Positions 16,101 to 25,816 of a stretch of DNA of 64,000 bases are shown piece by piece. The translations under genes were made by a program, and so were the position numbers. The first letter of the stretch is position 1. Each line of letters starts with the position of its first letter. Below the pieces are notes generated by a model, which worked only from the letters and a program-made list of their open reading frames with translations, was not told the DNA's origin and did no database searches. Source of the stretch: an uncultured Thermotogae bacterium (GTDB lineage Bacteria > Bipolaricaulota > Bipolaricaulia > UBA7950 > UBA9294); contig CAYXLR010000006.1 of assembly GCA_964466035.1 (NCBI GenBank), forward strand, positions 28,918-92,917, read 5' to 3'.

Positions 16101-19021
16101 ACGTGCTGCTACGACGAATCGGGATGGTGATCGGCCTGAGCGCGTGGGTCTGCCTCACCGCGTGGGGCGAGAAGGCACCGCTCAACCTCGCGCTGATCTG
16201 GCATCAGCATCAGCCGCTGTACTGGAACCGCCTGACGGCCGAGTACGAACTCCCGTGGGTCCGCGTCCACGCCGTTCAGGAATACATCGATTCGCCGCGC
16301 ATCTCCGCCGAGCACCCCGACGTCCACACCACGTTCAACCTCCAGCCGAGTCTCCTCTGGCAGCTGATGGACTACGCCACGATCACGCCGGAGGAGTCCG
16401 CGCTCGGCGGCCTGTACCAACACATCGGCGCCATCGACAACCACCTCAAGTGGATCTGGGCGCTGGCGACCGACCCCTCGTCGCTCGGCGCCGCCGACCG
16501 CGCCGCCCTCCAGGAGCAGGCGTTCTGGATCAACGGGTACATGTTCGACGACGACGGGAACGACCCGTACTACGACCCCCGGTACGCCGAGCTGAACATG
16601 CTGGCGGCCGGGCGCCCGCTCACCGATCGGCAGCTCCTCGACGCGGCCGCGCTGTTCCTGCTGTGGCAGATCTCGCCGGAGCTTCACGAGGATCTCGGCA
16701 TCGCGCGGTACCGGGGGCACTCCGGCTTCACGGCGGACGACCTCGTCGCGCTGATCCGGGCGCAGATGTCGGTGATTCAGGACGTGGTGCCCGCGTACCG
16801 CGACGTCGCGGCGCTCGGCAGCGAGCTGATCACCGGCCCGTTCTACCATCCGATCCTGCCGCTCCTCGTCGAGCACGGCTGGGAGCGCGACGTGACGGCC
16901 CAGCTGAACGCCGCGCAGACGCAGCACGAACGCCTGTTCGGCGTCCGGCCCTCCGGCGTTTGGCCGCCGGAGCAGGCCGTCTCCGAGATCGCCGTCTCCC
17001 TTCTCGGCAAAGCGGGGTTCGTCTGGTCGACGACCGACGAGGGGATCCTGGCGCAGGCGCTCGGCCACACGCCGAGCCTCGCCGAGCTGACGACGCTGTA
17101 CGCGTGGACCGGCGTCACGCTGTTCTTCCGCGACACCGAGCTGTCGAACCGAATCAGCTTCTCCTACGGAAACAAGGATCCGCAGGCCGCGGTCGCCGAC
17201 TTCCTCGGTGAGCTCGAGCGGGTTTGGGAAGGCCTCGACGCCCCGGCCGGACACGTCCTCACGGTCGCGATGGACGGAGAGAACTGGATGTTCATGGCCG
17301 GCTACCCGAACAACGGACGGACGCTCCTCCACGCCCTGTACGAGGCGCTCGCCGACGCCGATTGGGTACGGACGGTGACCCCGACCGAGTGGATCGAGGA
17401 CGGGGTCGGGCCGACGCCGCTCGATCGCCTCCCGACCGGGTCGTGGGCCGGCGATCTGTCGACGTGGAGCGGCGAGCCGGACGAGGACGAAGCGTGGGAA
17501 CGGCTGGCCGAGGCCCGAGAGGTCGTGTCCGACGCCGGCGATCCCACCGACGCCGTGGACGCGATCCACGCCGCGCAGGGATCGGACTGGTTCTGGTGGT
17601 ACGGAACGGACCAGGACTCCGGGACCGACGATCTGTTCGACTGGCTGTTCAAGGCCCATCTGACCGGCGCGTACTCGGCGGCCGGCGCGGAAAGCGTCCC
17701 GGAGATCCTCGGCCTTCGCTTGATCCCACCGACAGCGGAGAGCCTCGGCGAGCTCGACCCGACCGTCGACGGGGTACCGAGCGACGGTGAGAGATGGGAC
17801 GAGGCCGTGACGATCGCCGGAGACGGAGAGCTGAAGGAGGTTCGAGTCGGCTACAGGGAGTCGAACCTGTACCTGCTCGTCGAGACCGCGTTCGACCCCA
17901 AGACGAGGATCGGCGAGGAGGAGCTCTACCTCGTCCTCTACGCGTCCGGCCCCCCCGGGATACCGGTGAACGTCGTCACGCGCCACGGCGGCGAGGCGCT
18001 CGGCTTCGGGCTCGCGTCGGCGATCCAGGTCCGATTCGACAAGCTGGACGCTGACGGCTCCGGCGTGGTGTCGAAGTACGCCACGGACGGAAGCGGCGGG
18101 TGGCGGTACGCGTCCTCGATCGGCACCGCGAGCGCTCGGGCCGTCCGGATCGGAGAGCGCATCGAGTTCTCGGTCCCGTTCTCCGAGCTCGGCGTCGAGC
18201 CGGGCAAGTCGATCACGCTCGCCCTCGTCCTCGAGCGGCCGGGGGAGACGATCGACCGGCTGCCCGATCGACCGCTGTTGGCCGGGATCCCGATGCTGAT
18301 CCAGGGAGAGGAGCGGTTCGCGATCGACGATCCGGCAGGCGACGATCACGGGACCGGGGCCTACGTCTACCCGCTGAACGATGTCTTCCGCGTCGAGGGG
18401 CTGTTCGACCTTGTCGCCTATCGCGTCTACGACGCCAATACCAAATGGCAACTGGCGTTCGACTTCGCGACGTTGACGAACCCGTGGGGTGGCTCCCAGG
18501 GGTTCAGCCATCCGATCCTCTACCTCTACTTCGACGTCGCTGACGGAGGATCGGTCGCCTCGTTCGAGGAGGGCGAGGCGGCCCACGCCGCGTTCGCGCC
18601 CGAACACCCTTGGGACGTGTTCATTCGGGTCGCCGGCTGGCCGGCCTACGGCCGACACCTATGGACGGCCGACGGCACCGGCCCCACACTCGTCGAAGTC
18701 GCGTCGGATCCGAAGCGCGGCCGGATCATCGTCACCATCCCGAAGACAGTCATGCCGGAGATCGAAGGGTGGCACTACGTGCTCGTCGGATCCCAGGACG
18801 GCTACGGAGCCAACTACCTGCGACCGATCGGCGCGTCGCCCGGTGAGTGGACCGGCGGCGGAATCCCGGACCCGTTCTGGGCACCTCAGTTCTACGATTA
18901 CTTGGCCCCCGCGGGGACAACCCAGGAAGAAATCCTCTCCACGTTTAGTCACGACCAAGGGCTCTACGCAACCCTCATCCCCGTCCACGTTCGATTCGAC
19001 ACATCCACCCAAGGGAGGTGA
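16097..19021 (+). CDS. apu: Secreted GH57 amylopullulanase with C-terminal glucodextranase-like domains
   Basis: Signal peptide; LIWHQHQP, PFYHPILP, WPPEQAVS (nucleophile Glu), MDGENW (acid/base Asp), AQGSDWFWW; DPAGDDHGTGAYVYP and NPWG..GFSH domain. Confidence 0.9.
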   Translation: MNVLLRRIGMVIGLSAWVCLTAWGEKAPLNLALIWHQHQPLYWNRLTAEYELPWVRVHAVQEYIDSPRISAEHPDVHTTFNLQPSLLWQLMDYATITPEESALGGLYQHIGAIDNHLKWIWALATDPSSLGAADRAALQEQAFWINGYMFDDDGNDPYYDPRYAELNMLAAGRPLTDRQLLDAAALFLLWQISPELHEDLGIARYRGHSGFTADDLVALIRAQMSVIQDVVPAYRDVAALGSELITGPFYHPILPLLVEHGWERDVTAQLNAAQTQHERLFGVRPSGVWPPEQAVSEIAVSLLGKAGFVWSTTDEGILAQALGHTPSLAELTTLYAWTGVTLFFRDTELSNRISFSYGNKDPQAAVADFLGELERVWEGLDAPAGHVLTVAMDGENWMFMAGYPNNGRTLLHALYEALADADWVRTVTPTEWIEDGVGPTPLDRLPTGSWAGDLSTWSGEPDEDEAWERLAEAREVVSDAGDPTDAVDAIHAAQGSDWFWWYGTDQDSGTDDLFDWLFKAHLTGAYSAAGAESVPEILGLRLIPPTAESLGELDPTVDGVPSDGERWDEAVTIAGDGELKEVRVGYRESNLYLLVETAFDPKTRIGEEELYLVLYASGPPGIPVNVVTRHGGEALGFGLASAIQVRFDKLDADGSGVVSKYATDGSGGWRYASSIGTASARAVRIGERIEFSVPFSELGVEPGKSITLALVLERPGETIDRLPDRPLLAGIPMLIQGEERFAIDDPAGDDHGTGAYVYPLNDVFRVEGLFDLVAYRVYDANTKWQLAFDFATLTNPWGGSQGFSHPILYLYFDVADGGSVASFEEGEAAHAAFAPEHPWDVFIRVAGWPAYGRHLWTADGTGPTLVEVASDPKRGRIIVTIPKTVMPEIEGWHYVLVGSQDGYGANYLRPIGASPGEWTGGGIPDPFWAPQFYDYLAPAGTTQEEILSTFSHDQGLYATLIPVHVRFDTSTQGR

Positions 19022-19107
19022 TGGCAAACCAGGACAACCGCTGAGCAGCACTTGGAGGGAACAAGGAGGCAATGCAAAAGATGCAACTTCTCAAGGAGGA
19101 GTCAACC

Positions 19108-20304
19108 ATGAAGCGAGTTGTGATTTCACTACTCGGGCTGATGCTTTTTGCCGGGCTTACCGCGACGGCAAGCGAGGCGGGCAAGCTCTTGATCTGGGCC
19201 GACGATTCGCGCGCCCCCATCCTGGTAGAAGTCGCAAAAGACTTCACGGCGGTCTATGGCGTCGAGGCGATCGTCCAAGAAGTCAGTTTCGGTGACATCA
19301 AAAGCCAGTTGGCAACAGCCGGCCCGGCCGGCGAAGGACCGGACATCCTGCTCGGCCCCCACGACTGGCTCGGCGAACTAATCCTCAACGGCTTACTCGA
19401 GCCGATCGTCCTCACCCCGGCACAGGTTGAGGAGTTCGACCCCGTGGCCGTCGACGCGTTCAGCTGGGGCAATCTGCTCTACGGCGTCCCGTACGCCACC
19501 GAGAACGTCGCGCTCATCCGCAACACGGATCTCGTTCCTGAGGTTCCGGCGACGTTCGAGGAGCTGTTGACGATTGCCAAGGGACTGACGGACCTTGAAG
19601 CCGGCAAGTACGGATTCCTGATCCAGCAGCCCGATCCGTACCACACGTTCGCGCTGTATTCCGCCGGCGGAGGCTACATCTTTGGCGAGGACGAGGACGG
19701 CGTGCTCAACCCGTGCGACATCGGTCTGGACAACGAAGGATCGATCGCCGGTGCGACCATCCTCGACCAGATGGTCAAGGACGGGATCGAGATCGCCGGC
19801 GCCGGCTACGGCGAAGTGGTCGGGGCCTTCAGCGCCGGGAACCTTGCGATGATGATCGGCGGTCCGTGGACGCTGGCCGATGTGAAGGCCGGCGGCATCA
19901 ACTACGCCGTCTCCGCCATCCCGCCGATCGGCGGCAACGCTCCCGGCGTGTTCGTCGGCGTGCAGGGGTTCATGGTCAGCGCGTTCAGCGAGAACAAGGT
20001 CCTCGCGAACCTGCTCATCAAGGACTTCCTAATCTCTTCTGACGTCATGCTCGGCCTGTACATTCAGGGCGACCGGCCGCCGGCGTACCTGCCGGCGCTC
20101 GGCTTCCTGGCCGGCAATCCGGACATTCAGGGATTCGCCGCCGCCGCGGCAACGGCCATTCCGATGCCCAAGATTCCTGAAATGACGTCGGTATGGAACG
20201 CTTGGTCCGATGCGCTCGAGCTGATCGTCAACCAGGAGCAAGACCCAACGACGGCGATGCAGGATGCCGCGAACGAGATTCGCGCCCTGCTCGGTTGCGA
20301 CTAG
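19108..20304 (+). CDS. malE: Maltose/maltodextrin ABC transporter substrate-binding protein
   Basis: GEGPDILLGPHDWLG, YGVPYATENVALIRN, MMIGGPW, FVGVQGFMV, PMPKIPEMTSVW; signal peptide without a lipobox Cys. Confidence 0.93.
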   Translation: MKRVVISLLGLMLFAGLTATASEAGKLLIWADDSRAPILVEVAKDFTAVYGVEAIVQEVSFGDIKSQLATAGPAGEGPDILLGPHDWLGELILNGLLEPIVLTPAQVEEFDPVAVDAFSWGNLLYGVPYATENVALIRNTDLVPEVPATFEELLTIAKGLTDLEAGKYGFLIQQPDPYHTFALYSAGGGYIFGEDEDGVLNPCDIGLDNEGSIAGATILDQMVKDGIEIAGAGYGEVVGAFSAGNLAMMIGGPWTLADVKAGGINYAVSAIPPIGGNAPGVFVGVQGFMVSAFSENKVLANLLIKDFLISSDVMLGLYIQGDRPPAYLPALGFLAGNPDIQGFAAAAATAIPMPKIPEMTSVWNAWSDALELIVNQEQDPTTAMQDAANEIRALLGCD

Positions 20305-20312
20305 GTAAAAGT

Positions 20313-20340
20313 GGGGCCGCCCGACGGGCGGCCCCTTTAT
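20313..20340 (+). terminator. Stem-loop after malE (partial terminator or mRNA stabiliser)
   Basis: GGGGCCGCCC-GAC-GGGCGGCCCC perfect 10-bp stem followed by TTTAT. Confidence 0.7.
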
Positions 20341-20346
20341 CCTTAC

Positions 20347-21903
20347 ATGATCTGGAGATATGTAGCCAAACACACGGCGAAGATCATTCTATTGGGAACG
20401 TTGGTGGGGGCCTCCATCTACGTCTCCGTCTTCCTGTTGACCAAAGGCATGTATATCCCGGCGGTCATGCCATTGATCGGCTCTGGCTTCATCAGTTATA
20501 TCTTCTTGTCCCAGAAGCGCTACCCGCTCCGTTGGCTCGTCCCCGGTGTGATCTTTCTGACAGTCATGGTCGTGTACCCGATCGGCTACACGTTCGTTTC
20601 CTCGTTCACCAACGTGGGCACCGGACACATGCTGTCGAAGGAGCAGACGATCCGACAGCTTCTTGACCGCTGCTATGTGCCTGACGCCGCGGTTGTGTAC
20701 TCATACGTCGCGTTCGCAAACGATGATGGGAATCTCGCCCTGCTGCTAGAGAGCGAATCCGCGACGATCCTATACGTTGACGGCAACGCCGAGGAACTAT
20801 CGCTTCCGGACGCGCGTTTGATCGATGAAGACGGCGATGGCGAGATCGATCGATACGAGGACTACGCTCGTCTATCGTTCATGCAACTCGCACAGCGCGT
20901 TTCGGAGATCGAGGATTTCCGAATCGAGTACGGTGGCACGACCATCAGCTTGGTGAACCTCCATGAGTTCCGCACGCGGTCTCCCCTTTACGCCTACGAC
21001 GAGGAAGCGGAAACGATGACCGATCAGCAGACGGGCGTCGCGTACACCGCGGTCGACGGGATCTTCACTTCGGAATCCGGCGAAGAGATCTACCCGGGCT
21101 ACAAAGTATGGACTGGACTGTCCAACTACCTCGATCTATTGCGAAACCCCGCCGTGTCTAGGCCATTCGGGAAGGTCTTCCTCTGGACGATCGTCTTTGC
21201 CACGCTCACACTGCTCCTCAACTTCGCGCTCGGGCTGGCAACCGCCGTCCTGCTGAACGATCCGTTCCTGAGATTCCGCACGCTTTATCGTGTACTGATG
21301 ATCATTCCGTATGCTCTGCCAGCGTTTGTGACGATTCTGATCTGGCGAGGCTTGCTCAACACCGGATTCGGGACGATCAATCAGGTGCTCGTCAGTCTAT
21401 TCGGCGCCGGCGCAAGAGTGCCTTGGCTCTCCAACCCTTGGCTGGCCAAGCTTTCCGTTCTTCTGGTGAACCTCTGGCTCGGGTATCCGTACATGATGAT
21501 CATCTCCCTCGGTGCACTGCAGTCCATCCCAAGTACGCTGTATGAGGCGGCCCGCGTCGACGGCGCCAGCTGGTGGCAACGATTCAGCAGAATCACACTT
21601 CCCCTCCTGCTCATCCCACTTGGCCCCTTGTTGGTCGGATCGTTTGCGTTTAACTTCAACAACTTCACCCTCATCTGGCTGCTGACGGAGGGTCGACCTC
21701 CCATGCTCGGAACCCTCACACCGGCTGGCGAGACGGATATCCTCATCAGCTATACCTATCGGCTGGCGTTCGAGGGACAACGCGGCAACCAGCTGGGACT
21801 GGCAGCCGCCGTTGCCGTCGTGATCTTCATCATCATCGCCACGATCAGCGCGATCAACTTCCGGATGACCGGCGCCCTTGAGGAGTTGAGCAAGAATGTA
21901 TGA
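20347..21903 (+). CDS. malF: Maltose ABC transporter permease MalF
   Basis: YPIGYTF..SFTN, large periplasmic P2 loop, NLWLGYPYMM, LYEAARVDGAS, FAFNFNNF, TDILISYTY; start taken as ATG 20347 (uncertain). Confidence 0.92.
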   Translation: MIWRYVAKHTAKIILLGTLVGASIYVSVFLLTKGMYIPAVMPLIGSGFISYIFLSQKRYPLRWLVPGVIFLTVMVVYPIGYTFVSSFTNVGTGHMLSKEQTIRQLLDRCYVPDAAVVYSYVAFANDDGNLALLLESESATILYVDGNAEELSLPDARLIDEDGDGEIDRYEDYARLSFMQLAQRVSEIEDFRIEYGGTTISLVNLHEFRTRSPLYAYDEEAETMTDQQTGVAYTAVDGIFTSESGEEIYPGYKVWTGLSNYLDLLRNPAVSRPFGKVFLWTIVFATLTLLLNFALGLATAVLLNDPFLRFRTLYRVLMIIPYALPAFVTILIWRGLLNTGFGTINQVLVSLFGAGARVPWLSNPWLAKLSVLLVNLWLGYPYMMIISLGALQSIPSTLYEAARVDGASWWQRFSRITLPLLLIPLGPLLVGSFAFNFNNFTLIWLLTEGRPPMLGTLTPAGETDILISYTYRLAFEGQRGNQLGLAAAVAVVIFIIIATISAINFRMTGALEELSKNV

Positions 21904-22753
21904 CAAGCACACATTCTTTGGGAGTGTTTGGAGGCACGGGATCATCCTTGTTCTCATCGTCTTTGCCGTGTTTCCGGTTCTCTGGGTTGTCTCTGGCTCG
22001 TTCAACGCGACGAACAACATCCAGATGCAGAAGCTGATTCCTCCGCATGCGACGCTCGAGCACTACAAATCCCTGTTCACGACACCGCAGTATCCGTTCG
22101 GAATCTGGCTCTGGAACAGCCTCAAAATCGCTTTGATCACTTCCTTGCTGACTGTCGTGCTCGCCGGACTCGGGGCGTACGCGTTCTCGCGGTTCCGATT
22201 CAAGGGGCGCCGCGTCGGGCTGCTCGGGCTGCTGCTGATCCAGATGTTTCCCCAGGTGCTGGCAATGGTCGCAATCTTTCTCCTCGTCTTGGCACTGGGC
22301 GACATCTTCCCATGGGCCGGGCTGAACACCCACACCGGCCTAGTCTTGGTCTACCTCGGCGGCGCGATGGGCTTCAACACGTGGCTGATGAAGGGGTACT
22401 TCGACACCATCCCTAGGTCGCTCGAGGAGTCGGCGAAAGTTGACGGCGCCACGCCGTTCCAGGCCTTCACCAAGATCATCCTCCCGCTTGCCCGTCCGAT
22501 CCTGGCGACCATCTTCGTTCTTACGTTCATTTCAACCTACTCAGAGGTCATCCTGGCAACGATTCTGCTTCGCAGCAGCGATACGTTCACCCTACCCGTT
22601 GGGATGGCACTGCTCATTTCCGACCAGTATGGGCGTCGCTGGGGGATGTTTGCAGCGGGTTCAATCCTCGCAATGATTCCGTTCTTGGTTATCTTCCTCC
22701 TGTCGCAGCGCTCGCTCGTCTCCGGCCTCACACGGGGAGCCGTGAAGGAATGA
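21896..22753 (+). CDS. malG: Maltose ABC transporter permease MalG
   Basis: YAFSRFRFKGR, IQMFP, KGYFDTIPRSLEESAKVDGA, GLTRGAVK. Confidence 0.93.
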   Translation: MYDKHTFFGSVWRHGIILVLIVFAVFPVLWVVSGSFNATNNIQMQKLIPPHATLEHYKSLFTTPQYPFGIWLWNSLKIALITSLLTVVLAGLGAYAFSRFRFKGRRVGLLGLLLIQMFPQVLAMVAIFLLVLALGDIFPWAGLNTHTGLVLVYLGGAMGFNTWLMKGYFDTIPRSLEESAKVDGATPFQAFTKIILPLARPILATIFVLTFISTYSEVILATILLRSSDTFTLPVGMALLISDQYGRRWGMFAAGSILAMIPFLVIFLLSQRSLVSGLTRGAVKE

Positions 22754-22866
22754 TGCACACCGTCCGACTGCCGGGAAGGCGTCTTCTCCTCGTCGCACTG
22801 AGGTGCCGGCCTGCTCCGGTTGCGCTCGCCCCCCGGTGCGTGCGCCTCGCGGAAGGGAGCTGACCA

Positions 22867-24213
22867 ATGACCCGACGTGTTCCCGAGTGGGTCCCCGACG
22901 CCATCTTCTATCAGATCTTCCCGGATCGGTTTCGCCGCGGAGACAAGACGTGGGACGTCGATCCGAAGCGACCGGCCGATCGCACCCCGCGCGGCGGAAA
23001 CCTCGCCGGGATCCGCACGTCGATCCCGTACCTCGAACAGCTCGGGATCAACGCGCTTTACCTGACGCCGGTCTTCCGCGCTCGCTCGTACCACAAGTAT
23101 GACACGATCGACTACTTCTCGATCGACCCGGCGTTCGGAAACAACGAGGAGCTGCGCAACCTCGTCGCGGCACTTCACGACCGAGGCATCCGGATCGTCC
23201 TCGATGGTGTGTTCAATCATTGCAGCGACCACCACCCGTTCTTCCTCGACGCGATCGAGAAGGGGCCTGAATCGGAGTACTGGAACTGGTTCACGGTCGA
23301 GGGGAAACGGATCATCCAGGACCCGGAGCCGAACTATGCTCGCTGGGCCGGGTTAAAGACGATGCCCGAGTGGAACCACCAGAATCCGGCCGTCGTCGAG
23401 TATCTGCTGTCGGTCGTGCGGTACTGGATCGAGGAATTCCGAATCGACGGCTGGCGTCTCGACACGACCGAGTACCTCCCGCCCGACTTCGTTCGCGAGA
23501 TCTACCGGACGGCTCGCGAGATCTCACCGGAGGTCTACGTGCTCGGTGAGGTCATCGGGCTCGGCACGCCGTGGTTCAAGCACGACGCGCTCGACGGGGT
23601 CATGCACTACAAGCTTTGGGAGGCGTTGACCGCGTTCCTCGTCGACGAGCGCTGGGACGCGCCGTCCTTCGTGCACTCCGTGCGTGCCCATTGGCACAGT
23701 TATCCGAAGGACGCAAACTACGGATCGTACACGCTGCTGTCGAGCCATGACAGACCCCGCTTTTTGACCGAGTGTGAAGGCGACGTTCGTCGGCTGATGC
23801 TCGCGCTCGCTTTCCAGTTCACGTTTCCTGGAGCTCCTGCGATCTACTACGGCGACGAGGTCGGCCTTCTCGGTGGCGACGACCCGGACAACCGACGGTG
23901 CTTCCCGTGGGACGAGGAGGGATGGAATCGGCCGCTCTTGGACGAGGTTCGACGACTCGTCCGCCTCCGGCGGAGTGAACCCGTCCTTCGCCGCGGTTCC
24001 ATCGTGATCCGGGAGGCCGTGGAGAGATTCCTCAGCTACGAACGAGAGAGAGAGAACGAGCGGTTCCTCGTCGGGATCAACGCATCCCGTACCGAGGGCT
24101 CCGTTTGGACCCTCCCGGACGGAATCTGGGTCGATGCGTTCTCGGGAGAACAGGAGCGAGGAGACACGAAGATCCCCTCGCTCTCCTACCGGATCCTGAA
24201 GCGGGTCGGCTAA
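22867..24213 (+). CDS. GH13 neopullulanase/cyclomaltodextrinase-like enzyme lacking the N-terminal domain
   Basis: PEWVPDAIFYQIFPDRF, YHKYDT, DGVFNH, GWRLD, GEV, SSHDRPR, GAPAIYYGDE, DPDNRRC. Confidence 0.9.
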   Translation: MTRRVPEWVPDAIFYQIFPDRFRRGDKTWDVDPKRPADRTPRGGNLAGIRTSIPYLEQLGINALYLTPVFRARSYHKYDTIDYFSIDPAFGNNEELRNLVAALHDRGIRIVLDGVFNHCSDHHPFFLDAIEKGPESEYWNWFTVEGKRIIQDPEPNYARWAGLKTMPEWNHQNPAVVEYLLSVVRYWIEEFRIDGWRLDTTEYLPPDFVREIYRTAREISPEVYVLGEVIGLGTPWFKHDALDGVMHYKLWEALTAFLVDERWDAPSFVHSVRAHWHSYPKDANYGSYTLLSSHDRPRFLTECEGDVRRLMLALAFQFTFPGAPAIYYGDEVGLLGGDDPDNRRCFPWDEEGWNRPLLDEVRRLVRLRRSEPVLRRGSIVIREAVERFLSYERERENERFLVGINASRTEGSVWTLPDGIWVDAFSGEQERGDTKIPSLSYRILKRVG

Positions 24214-25634
24214 CCCAGCTCCTCGTCGTACAACTTTCGATACGCGTCGGCCGACGCGTCCCACGACAGATCCTTCCGCATCCCTCTCTGCTGAAGCCGC
24301 TTCCACGCCGCCGGATCGCTCCGGAACACTCCCACGGCCCGCTCCACCGCCTCGAGGAAGGCATCCGGCGTGCGGTCCTCGAACAGGAAGCCGGTTCCGG
24401 CGTCGGCCGGCCCGTCGAACTCCTCGACCGTGTCCACCAGCCCTCCGGTCGCGCGGACGACCGGCACGGTCCCGTACCGGAGCGAGTACTGCTGGTTCAG
24501 CCCACACGGTTCGTAGTGCGACGGCATCAGGAAGATGTCGGCCGACGCCTCGATCCGGTGTGCCCACGCCTCGGAGAACGTGATCATCGAGGCGACTTCG
24601 CCCGGATATCGCTCGTCCGCCGCCCGGAAGAACGTTTCGTACTCGGCCGCTCCTGTCCCGAGGAGGACGAACTGGACACCGAGATCCAGCATCCGGTCGA
24701 AGCCGGACATGATCAGGTCGAACCCCTTCTGCTCGGCCAGCCGTGAGATAACCCCGAGGAGCGGGACGGTGGGGTCGACGGAGAGTCCAAGCTCCCGCTG
24801 AAGTCGAGCCTTGTTCTCCGCCTTGCCCGTGAGATCGTCGACGCCGTAGTTCGCCCACAGGTGCGGGTCCGTCGCCGGATTCCAGACCTCGACGTCGACC
24901 CCGTTGACCACGCCGTGAAGCACGTCGCGACGCGACCGAAGCTCCGCTTCGAGTCCCGCTCCGTCCACCAGAATCTCCTCCGCGTACGTCGGGGAGACGG
25001 TGTTGATCAGGTCGACCGAGAGGATTCCGCCCTTGAGCAAGTTGATCGTCCCGTTCCGCAGGTACGGCCGGAGCGCCCCGTCCGACAGACCGGTCGCCGC
25101 CGCCTGCTCGACCGGGAAGCACCCTTGGTATCCGAGGTTATGAATCGTCAGCATCGTCCTGACGCCGTCGAGCCGCCGCACGGCCCGACCGGCGACGAAC
25201 CCCGGAATCAGCGCGGCATGCCAGTCGTTCGTATGGATCAGATCCGGCGTCCAGTCGAGCGCCTCGCACAGCGCGAGCGCCCCTCGCGACAGGAACGTGA
25301 ACCGTTCGAGGGCGTCCGGATACTCCGATCCCTCGCCGTAGATCTCGGCGCGGTCGTAGTACGGATCGTGCCCGAGGAAGTAGATCGGCACAGTGCTCGC
25401 GGGCAGGTCGGCGCAAAACGCGGTGCACGGCTTCTCGGCGCCGCCGACCGGGACGGCGAAATGCGCCGCCTCCGCGAGCTCCGCCCGCTCGTCCACGCCG
25501 CGGTACTTGGGCATCGCAACGCGGATCTCCACGCCCTTCTTCGCTAGCGCGCACGGCAACGCTAGCGCAACGTCGGCCAACCCGCCCGTCTTCGCGAACG
25601 GCGACACTTCCGCCGAGACGAACAGCACGCGCAT
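24210..25634 (-). CDS. glgA: Glycogen synthase (ADP-glucose, GT5)
   Basis: AEVSPFAKTGGLADV, HTNDWH, TIHNLGYQG, ISRLAEQKG, PSHYEPCGLNQ, VRATGGLVDTV. Confidence 0.95.
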   Translation of the reverse strand: MRVLFVSAEVSPFAKTGGLADVALALPCALAKKGVEIRVAMPKYRGVDERAELAEAAHFAVPVGGAEKPCTAFCADLPASTVPIYFLGHDPYYDRAEIYGEGSEYPDALERFTFLSRGALALCEALDWTPDLIHTNDWHAALIPGFVAGRAVRRLDGVRTMLTIHNLGYQGCFPVEQAAATGLSDGALRPYLRNGTINLLKGGILSVDLINTVSPTYAEEILVDGAGLEAELRSRRDVLHGVVNGVDVEVWNPATDPHLWANYGVDDLTGKAENKARLQRELGLSVDPTVPLLGVISRLAEQKGFDLIMSGFDRMLDLGVQFVLLGTGAAEYETFFRAADERYPGEVASMITFSEAWAHRIEASADIFLMPSHYEPCGLNQQYSLRYGTVPVVRATGGLVDTVEEFDGPADAGTGFLFEDRTPDAFLEAVERAVGVFRSDPAAWKRLQQRGMRKDLSWDASADAYRKLYDEELG

Positions 25635-25816
25635 CCTTCACCTCCCAAAGGAAGTATCCGCCGCTCGCCAGGGCGGGTCAACCTCGCGCGAGGAGTCGAT
25701 CCCGGTTCAGGTCGGCACATCGCATCGAGCGACCGCAGGTTTAGCGGTACCAGCCTCCACGTCCATCCGATACAATCGGCGCCGAAGTCGCGGAAGTTAC
25801 TGCGAAGGGAGAAGGA

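Noticed and set aside
19021-19044. Seven-codon mini-ORF (MANQDNR) and several SD-like motifs between apu and malE
   Set aside because: SD spacing is poor and there is no sign of function; probably debris at the compositional junction
19108-22753. No malK ATPase in the malEFG cluster, and ruvB without ruvA/ruvC
   Set aside because: Shared sugar-ABC ATPases and split ruv genes are common and not remarkable
22767-22779. ACTG-CC-GGGAAGG resembling a cobalamin riboswitch B12 box
   Set aside because: The other conserved elements are absent, there is too little intergenic space, and the downstream gene is a GH13
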